A model generated the notes under the pieces. The model had not been told where the DNA came from, searched no databases, and worked only from the letters and a program-made list of their open reading frames with translations. A DNA stretch of 64,000 nucleotides, taken from NCBI GenBank assembly GCA_050014195.1, contig JBEKDT010000010.1:1-64000 (forward strand), read 5' to 3'. The stretch comes from Desulfomonilia bacterium. GTDB taxonomy: Bacteria > Desulfobacterota > Desulfomonilia > UBA1062. The translations under genes and the position numbers were made by a program. Position 1 is the first letter of the stretch, and each line of letters opens with the position of its first letter. Positions 57,850-64,000 of the stretch are shown piece by piece.

Positions 57850-58125
57850 ATGAATGCCCTTCATTTAATAATCCATGGGAGGGTACAAGGTGTATGGTTC
57901 AGGGCATCAACTCAAGAGGTTGCGAATCAGCTCGAAATAAAAGGATGGGTACGTAACACACCCGACGGTGCTGTTGAAGCCCATATTCAAGGGGAAGATT
58001 CGTCCGTTGAAAAGATGCTCTCCTGGTGCTATCAGGGTCCTCCGGGTGCCAGGATTGATCATATTGATATCAAAAAAGTGAACCCGGATAAGGAATACAA
58101 GGCCTTTACCATACGTTATTACTGA
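57850..58125 (+). CDS. acyP: Acylphosphatase
   Basis: GRVQGVWFR, GWVRNT.DG.VE, GPP.A. Confidence 0.94.
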   Translation: MNALHLIIHGRVQGVWFRASTQEVANQLEIKGWVRNTPDGAVEAHIQGEDSSVEKMLSWCYQGPPGARIDHIDIKKVNPDKEYKAFTIRYY

Positions 58126-58174
58126 TCTTATTTCATGCTTGCATAAGATAAACCTTTAGTATAATGAAAATGCG

Positions 58175-58213
58175 CTCCTTGCTCCTAAATGGGGCTACAA
58201 AACCACAAGGAGG
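58175..58213 (+). ncRNA. S6:S18 ribosomal protein leader (autoregulatory RNA)
   Basis: CTCCTTG pairs with CAAGGAG (SD); inner GCTCC/GGGGC hairpin; unpaired CCA before the SD stem; TATAAT at 58160. Confidence 0.7.
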
Positions 58214-58218
58214 AATTC

Positions 58219-58590
58219 ATGAATCTCTATGAGATTATGTTTATCTTAAACCCCGATATCGGGGAAGATGAACGGGAAAAGCTGACCACCCGCCTGAAGA
58301 CAATCATCAGCAAGAACAAGGGCGACATCATCCGCTTTGACGACTTAGGCTTCAAGAGTCTTACATACAAGATCAAAAAGAAATCGCGCGGGCAGTATTT
58401 CCTTATCAACCTGGAAGGCCCCGGATCCATGATCGCCGAGATCGAGAGATTCCTGCGGATCGATGAAAATGTAATTCGATTCGTAGTCGTGAAACTCGAC
58501 AAGCACGTTTCAAGACAGGACCTTGAGCCGAAGGTTGAGCCGCAGCCCGAGGCAGCACCAGCACCAGAACAGGGGGAGGTAGGAGCCTAA
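58219..58590 (+). CDS. rpsF: 30S ribosomal protein S6
   Basis: [15 protein letters not shown]...G.Y, VIRF. Confidence 0.95.
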   Translation: MNLYEIMFILNPDIGEDEREKLTTRLKTIISKNKGDIIRFDDLGFKSLTYKIKKKSRGQYFLINLEGPGSMIAEIERFLRIDENVIRFVVVKLDKHVSRQDLEPKVEPQPEAAPAPEQGEVGA

Positions 58591-58591
58591 C

Positions 58592-58852
58592 ATGCAGGAC
58601 AGACCGCCAAGAACTCAAACAGGTAGCAAACAGAAGCCGTACTATAAGAGGAAGACGTGCAGGTTCTGCGAAGAGAAGACGCTGCCCATCGATTACAAGG
58701 CACCTCATATACTTAAAGACTTCATCACTGAACGGGGAAAGATCTTGCCGAGACGTATAACAGGCACCTGTGCGCATCACCAGAAGAAATTGGCCACGGA
58801 GATCAAGAGGGCCAGGATAATGGCCCTTATTCCCTTCACCGTGCACGATTAG
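58592..58852 (+). CDS. rpsR: 30S ribosomal protein S18 (Zn-binding type)
   Basis: [27 protein letters not shown]. Confidence 0.96.
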   Translation: MQDRPPRTQTGSKQKPYYKRKTCRFCEEKTLPIDYKAPHILKDFITERGKILPRRITGTCAHHQKKLATEIKRARIMALIPFTVHD

Positions 58853-58856
58853 CGAC

Positions 58857-59777
58857 ATGCCCTTCTTGGGTGGAGACAGGTGGTTCCCGTGGATCGTCAC
58901 GGGGATGTTCCTACTCTTCTCTTTTTTGATTATCACCGCAACCGAGGTAGCCTTGCCTGCCGCAGTTATTTATCCTGCTATGTACTGTTTTTTTGCAGAA
59001 CGGGTACCGCTGCGATGGCCTGTACTAATCGCGTGTGTCCCTTTAGTGCTGTCGATAATTCCAGCCTACTCATTTGGTGCCTCGCTCTACGCTGTCATCC
59101 TCATTTCTGCACTCATAATGTATCTCTATCTTAAGAGAGGAAGCATAGGTCTTGCCGTAGCAGCACCATCCTTACTGATTTTTATAATGGTTACTGCAAG
59201 CTTTGTCGTGATGTCTTATACGAGCGGACTGGATGTGGAAAAAGTTCTGACCAGATGGGCTGCAGAAGTGATAAGCCAGATGAAGAAGTTCTCTGAAGGG
59301 GCCCTTTCTTCTTCCGAACTATTCGAATTTAGAGAAAAATTGCCTATCTTCCAAGAAAGGCTTGTAACCCTTTTCCCCTCCATTGTAATAACAAGCGCTG
59401 CAATAATCATGTGGATAAATCTGCTTATTATAAAATGGAGATACAAGGCGATATCAATTCGAGAATGGAAAAGCCCTGACTGGGTTGTTGCCTTTTTTAT
59501 CCTTGCCGGATTGCTGACTCTCGTTCAGGAAAAATATGTTCAGGCAATAGGGCTTAATCTTTTAGTAATTGTGGGGCAGGTATACTTCTTTCAGGGCCTT
59601 GCTATAATCTCTGTTTTCATGGATGTACGCAAATGGCCTGGAATAATTCGATGGCCTATTTACATTTTAATCTTGATCCAAATATATATGATGGTTATTG
59701 TAGCCGGATTCGGTCTGTTTGATACCTGGTTTGACTTCAGGAAAAGGATACGAACACCAAAAGGAGATATGCAATGA
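58857..59777 (+). CDS. YybS/DUF2232 family membrane protein
   Basis: Polytopic; YFFQGLA, GLFDTWFDFRKR; canonical position between rpsR and rplI. Confidence 0.85.
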   Translation: MPFLGGDRWFPWIVTGMFLLFSFLIITATEVALPAAVIYPAMYCFFAERVPLRWPVLIACVPLVLSIIPAYSFGASLYAVILISALIMYLYLKRGSIGLAVAAPSLLIFIMVTASFVVMSYTSGLDVEKVLTRWAAEVISQMKKFSEGALSSSELFEFREKLPIFQERLVTLFPSIVITSAAIIMWINLLIIKWRYKAISIREWKSPDWVVAFFILAGLLTLVQEKYVQAIGLNLLVIVGQVYFFQGLAIISVFMDVRKWPGIIRWPIYILILIQIYMMVIVAGFGLFDTWFDFRKRIRTPKGDMQ

Positions 59778-60229
59778 AGGTAGTACTCTTAGAGACGATC
59801 GACGGCATGGGAAGCGTTGGCCAAGAGGTGAAGGTAAAAGACGGCTATGCAAGGAATTTTCTCATTCCAAGAGGTATGGCATTGCTGGCAACCGATACCA
59901 ACCTTAAGGCCTTTAAGGACAAGATCCAGGCACGCATCCGGGCAGAGGCAAAGACAAAGGACCATGCAGCGAAGCTTGCCGAAGAGCTTTCATCAATTGC
60001 CCTGAAATTCACGGTTAAGGTAGGTCAGGAAGGCAAGTTATTCGGCTCAGTTACGAATGCAGATATTTTTGATGCCCTCAACGATAAGGGATTCGAAGTG
60101 GACAAGAAGAAGATCGTCCTGGCCGAGCCGATAAGGCATGTGGGCACACACGAAGTCGCTGTTAGGCTTTATCCGGAAGTGACTGCACATATAAAGGTGG
60201 AGGTGGTCCCAGAGCCACAAGGCGAGTAA
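59774..60229 (+). CDS. rplI: 50S ribosomal protein L9
   Basis: VKDGYARNFLIP, GKLFGSVT. Confidence 0.97.
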   Translation: MKVVLLETIDGMGSVGQEVKVKDGYARNFLIPRGMALLATDTNLKAFKDKIQARIRAEAKTKDHAAKLAEELSSIALKFTVKVGQEGKLFGSVTNADIFDALNDKGFEVDKKKIVLAEPIRHVGTHEVAVRLYPEVTAHIKVEVVPEPQGE

Positions 60230-60230
60230 G

Positions 60231-61580
60231 ATGGATTCTTCGCCGGTTTCTCCTCCCCATAGCAGGGAGGCCGAAGAATATATACTCGGCGGGGTTCTCC
60301 TGGAGAACTCTTCGCTTGACACAATTGCGGAGATCATCTCTCCGGAAGACTTCTATGCAGAGCGAAACCGGATCATCTTCGAGGAGATGATCCACCTCAT
60401 GGACAAGGGTCTCCCCATTGACCTCGTTTCGCTCACCGAGTCCATCGAGCAAAAAGGAAGGCTGGATAAGGTTGGTGGCGCGTCCTATATATCTCAACTT
60501 GCCGATAATATCCCAACTACCGCAAACATTGAATATTATGCTCAGCTCGTCAGAGACAAATCCATCCTCAGGTCATTGATTACGGGTGCGGGAGAGATCA
60601 TTAAATCCGTCAGGACACACGCCGGAGAGGTCTCTGATGTTCTGGACATTGCCGAGCAGATCATTTATGCCATAAACAAGCAGGTAAAGGACAAGAAAGG
60701 CGGCCTCACCAGGATCGGCGTGCCTTTGCATGATCTCTATCACAACCTAAGCCGCATGGCTAAAGGCGAGATCGACCAGGGTGTGGTTCCTTCAGGGTTT
60801 AATGATCTTGACCAACAGTTGCTTGGAGGGCTCCATAAGTCCGACCTTATTATTGTTGCCGGTCGGCCTTCTATGGGAAAAACCTCCCTTGCCATGAATA
60901 TCGCACAATATGTTGCCGTCACCGAACAGCTACCCGTAGCGGTCTTTTCTCTTGAAATGGGCATAGAACAGCTCGTGCTGAGGATGCTGGCGTCTGAGGC
61001 CTGGATCAACCAGAGCCATGTTCGTTCCGCTTCATCATTGTCCATGCTCAAAAAGGAAGATTGGAGTAAACTTCTTCAGGCCTCCGGAAAGCTTTCGGAA
61101 GCGCCCCTGTATATTGACGATACCCCTGGGATATCCCCCATGGAGATCAGGGCCAAGATGCGCAGGCTTGTATCTCAGGAGAACGTGCGGTTGGTGGTGG
61201 TGGATTATCTTCAGCTTATGGCTATTAAAGGCAGGACCGACTCTCGGGAACAGGAGATATCCGAGATATCACGAACACTGAAATCTATTGCCAAGGAATT
61301 CAACATCCCGGTCATCGCCATTAGCCAGCTCAACCGAAGAGTTGAGGAGCGGTCAGATAAAAAGCCCATGATGTCCGATCTCAGGGAATCAGGAGCCATC
61401 GAGCAGGATGCGGATGTGATCTGCTTCATCTACCGCGATGATGTATATAACCCCGACAGTCCGGAGAAAGGTATAGCCGAGATTATTGTAGCAAAACATA
61501 GGAACGGACCAACAGGGACCATCAAGCTCAAATGGTGGCCGGAATACACTAAATTCGACGAGCTTGACCTGAGGCATTAA
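60231..61580 (+). CDS. dnaB: Replicative DNA helicase
   Basis: PPHS.EAE, AGRPSMGKT, FSLEM, VDYLQL, SQLNR, DLRESGAIEQDAD, KHRNGPTG. Confidence 0.97.
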   Translation: MDSSPVSPPHSREAEEYILGGVLLENSSLDTIAEIISPEDFYAERNRIIFEEMIHLMDKGLPIDLVSLTESIEQKGRLDKVGGASYISQLADNIPTTANIEYYAQLVRDKSILRSLITGAGEIIKSVRTHAGEVSDVLDIAEQIIYAINKQVKDKKGGLTRIGVPLHDLYHNLSRMAKGEIDQGVVPSGFNDLDQQLLGGLHKSDLIIVAGRPSMGKTSLAMNIAQYVAVTEQLPVAVFSLEMGIEQLVLRMLASEAWINQSHVRSASSLSMLKKEDWSKLLQASGKLSEAPLYIDDTPGISPMEIRAKMRRLVSQENVRLVVVDYLQLMAIKGRTDSREQEISEISRTLKSIAKEFNIPVIAISQLNRRVEERSDKKPMMSDLRESGAIEQDADVICFIYRDDVYNPDSPEKGIAEIIVAKHRNGPTGTIKLKWWPEYTKFDELDLRH

Positions 61581-61602
61581 TGCCCCAGGCTTCGCTTGAG
61601 AG

Positions 61603-62361
61603 TTAGAACTTTTTCCTCCGCATCGGATACTCGTGCCCTATATGAAGGTCTTCAGAAAGGATTGAGTGCTGTTTATCGATAGCATCCCGGATCCTTTGTA
61701 AAGACCTCATCTCAATTTGACGGACACGCTCTCTGGTAACACCGATCAGATTCGCGATATCTTTAAGGGTGGCCGGCGGATCACTGAAAAACCTCTTTTC
61801 GATGATGAACACCTCCCGCTTACTTAAGATGGGTGGGTCAGATCGCAAGAGGTTCAGCAAATAGGTATGCCGTTCCTTGTATGAGTAGAAATCGTCCTGG
61901 TCGGGCCCTTCGTACAGAAGGTGATCCAGCAGGCTTTCCTCATGTTCGGCATCAATGGCAACAGTGCAGTCCAGCGAGACAAGGCCTTTGGCATGGGTGA
62001 GCCTTCCTGTATGCACTTGGTAGCTCTTGTGGATGAAATTTTTGATGTAGGCCTTAATCCACCATATGCCATAGCAGATGAAACGCACACCCATATCCGG
62101 ATCAAAGCGGGTTAGGGCCTTGACAAGACCCATGTTCCCCTCCTGCACGACCTCGAGCGGACCGTAACCAAGGTGGAAATACGGCTGGGCAATCTTCACT
62201 ACAAAACGTAAGTTCGAAGTGATGATATTCTTGCCAGAATCAATGTCGCCCTTTTTGTATTTCCGAGCTAGATCCAACTCTTCTTCCGGGGTGAGGAGGG
62301 AGTAGTCTTTGATCTTTCGGGTGTAGATCTCGAAATCCGAAGACGGATATCTGCTTCCCAT
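61603..62361 (-). CDS. Sigma-70 family, RpoH-like factor with shortened region 3
   Basis: LTPEEE, SNLRFVVKIA, QEGNMGL.KA..RFDP, WWIKAYI, TLKDIA...GVTRERVRQIE. Confidence 0.85.
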   Translation of the reverse strand: MGSRYPSSDFEIYTRKIKDYSLLTPEEELDLARKYKKGDIDSGKNIITSNLRFVVKIAQPYFHLGYGPLEVVQEGNMGLVKALTRFDPDMGVRFICYGIWWIKAYIKNFIHKSYQVHTGRLTHAKGLVSLDCTVAIDAEHEESLLDHLLYEGPDQDDFYSYKERHTYLLNLLRSDPPILSKREVFIIEKRFFSDPPATLKDIANLIGVTRERVRQIEMRSLQRIRDAIDKQHSILSEDLHIGHEYPMRRKKF

Positions 62362-62532
62362 AGACCCTCCCGAAACTGGGATAGTACAGTTTAGCCCATA
62401 TCTTCCACAAAAGTCAAGTACAATAGTCTGCAACAAGAAATGATTATTAAAAACAAACAATAATTAAAAGACATTAAACAAAGTTAATAGAAAACAAGCA
62501 GATATCCTAAGTTTCACACATTGAGACCTCAT

Positions 62533-63165
62533 TCATTCATTGTCAGCGGATGCTTCGCGATTTTTAATCATCGATTTCTTTCTGTACGAGCGAATATAGA
62601 CGATAAATACGACTGCCATGCACGCGAGAACAACAAGGAATGCTGCACGTGAATATTGCTTTACGAGCTCCAAGTTGTTGCCGACAAAATAACCTATGTA
62701 GGCAAGAATGGTCGTCCATAAGCACGCCCCGAGCATGGTATATATACAGAATCTTGACAGATTCATATGAGAGAGACCGGCAGGAAACGAGATAAAATGA
62801 CGGATTCCGGGGATGAGTCTGCCAGTGAAGGTGCTGATCTCCCCATGGGTGTTAAAAAATAAATTGATTTTATCAAATCGGTGTTGAGGGAGCAGTATAT
62901 ATTTCCCGTATTTACAAAGGAGGGGTCTTCCAAGAAGTATGGCAAGCATATAATTAAAGAGTGCACCAAGCAGGCTTCCAACGACCCCGCAGATGATAAC
63001 GATCCATATGTTCATTTCACCCTTGGCGACGAGATATCCTGCAGGGGGTATCACAACTTCACTCGGGATCGGGAAAAATGTGCTCTCGAGAAACATGAGA
63101 ACAATGATACCTTTGTACCCCAGCTGACCAATAGTATAAACAAGCCATTGAATGATTGCTTCCAT
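62533..63165 (-). CDS. dedA: DedA family membrane protein
   Basis: MFLESTFFPIPSEVVIPPAG, GRLIPGIRHFISFPAG. Confidence 0.92.
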   Translation of the reverse strand: MEAIIQWLVYTIGQLGYKGIIVLMFLESTFFPIPSEVVIPPAGYLVAKGEMNIWIVIICGVVGSLLGALFNYMLAILLGRPLLCKYGKYILLPQHRFDKINLFFNTHGEISTFTGRLIPGIRHFISFPAGLSHMNLSRFCIYTMLGACLWTTILAYIGYFVGNNLELVKQYSRAAFLVVLACMAVVFIVYIRSYRKKSMIKNREASADNE

Positions 63166-63266
63166 CTATTCATCATATAGCACCTCTGATCCCATTGCAA
63201 TAATTCCATTCCGGAGATACAAAGGCCTCGGTCGTATGCTGTAATGCATATGCGAAGGAGTTATTT

Positions 63267-64000
63267 TTGGATACCGAATGTTTTCATTTGCACATCGATT
63301 CCATGGCTTACGGGGGCAAGGGGGTGGGAAGGAGAGGAGATGGCAAAGTAGTTTTCATCCCCGAGGTCATACCTGGAGAGACGGTGGCTGCATACGTCGT
63401 GAAAGAGCATACCAGCTATGTTGAGGCTGATGTGAAAGAACTATTTGAAGCATCTCAGTTCAGGGTAACGGCACCTTGCCCTTATTTCACAATCTGTGGC
63501 GGATGTGACTGGCAGCATATCATGTATCCCGAACAGATAGCGATCAAACAGGAAATATTGAAGTCGCAGATACAAGTAAAAAACCCCAGGGCCGAACTGT
63601 GCTTTGAGGAGCCGGTGATCTCTTCAAGAGAATACGGATATCGATGCCATGCCGTTATGCAGTGTACAAATGAACATGGATTTGAAGTAGGGTTCTTCAG
63701 AAAGCAATCTAATGCTGTTGTGCCTATTAAGAGGTGTCTTATCCTGAATGAGCGTTGCCAGACCGTGTTGGACCAGATGAGTGAGATTTTGAGAACCCAT
63801 CCAATATCCGATCTCTGTTCACTTGAGATACATGCACCTCAGGATGAGGTGTTGGTACAGGTTATTATGAAAGGCAGACCACTAAAAAGCGATGTGGATA
63901 TCCTCCGGTGTGTGTATCAGGATGTTGCCTTGAGCGGCCTGTCATATTTCCCAAAGAATGGTCAAGGGAGCAGGCGAATCTTTGGACAACGGTTCTGTTC
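63267..64000 (+). CDS. rlmD: TRAM-domain RNA m5U methyltransferase, RlmD-like (runs off the window)
   Basis: Manual translation from TTG after AAGGAG: IDSMAYGGKGVGR..GKVVFIP..IPGE...CPYFTICGGCDWQH; absent from the ORF track because it is truncated. Confidence 0.88.
   Translation, partial: MDTECFHLHIDSMAYGGKGVGRRGDGKVVFIPEVIPGETVAAYVVKEHTSYVEADVKELFEASQFRVTAPCPYFTICGGCDWQHIMYPEQIAIKQEILKSQIQVKNPRAELCFEEPVISSREYGYRCHAVMQCTNEHGFEVGFFRKQSNAVVPIKRCLILNERCQTVLDQMSEILRTHPISDLCSLEIHAPQDEVLVQVIMKGRPLKSDVDILRCVYQDVALSGLSYFPKNGQGSRRIFGQRFC

Noticed and set aside
58219-58852. Missing ssb/priB between rpsF and rpsR
   Set aside because: rpsF-rpsR-DUF2232-rplI-dnaB is an ordinary arrangement in many lineages
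60231-61580. Intein in DnaB
   Set aside because: Normal length (449 aa) with contiguous motifs

Overview
Chromosomal window from a bacterium whose gene content and order point to an anaerobic Deltaproteobacteria/Desulfobacterota-type organism (inference). The housekeeping backbone includes a dciA-like gene, tRNA-Leu(CAG), ribF, rapZ-PTS, pyrK/pyrD, hfq, ligA, rpsF-rpsR-DUF2232-rplI-dnaB and a partial rlmD. Accessory modules: an acyl-CoA dehydrogenase with a probable TetR operator, a tamB/Omp85/comEA operon, a HEAT-repeat plus HD-GYP pair next to an internally deleted nitrilase relic, and a Cys-type formate dehydrogenase flanked by AsrB/AsrA-like subunits and five signalling genes. Also present are a full chemosensory operon with two STAS proteins and a pseudo-REC/kinase/PAS/PP2C output protein, plus a comEC and type IV minor pilin/PilY1 locus. 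Best leads: (1) two sigma-54 promoters with matching tandem GGGG-N7-CCCC enhancer boxes, driving the Fdh-AsrA/B module and part of its regulator cascade; (2) a chemosensory partner-switch protein ending in a receptor-like pentapeptide, plus a shared sigma-28-like motif upstream of the che, pilin, pilY1 and HD-GYP operons; (3) an in-frame RimI-PyrK fusion; (4) an RpoH-like sigma factor lacking the RpoH box. No CRISPR array, rRNA, transposase or integrase was recognised. All calls come from reading motifs by eye; no database searches were run.
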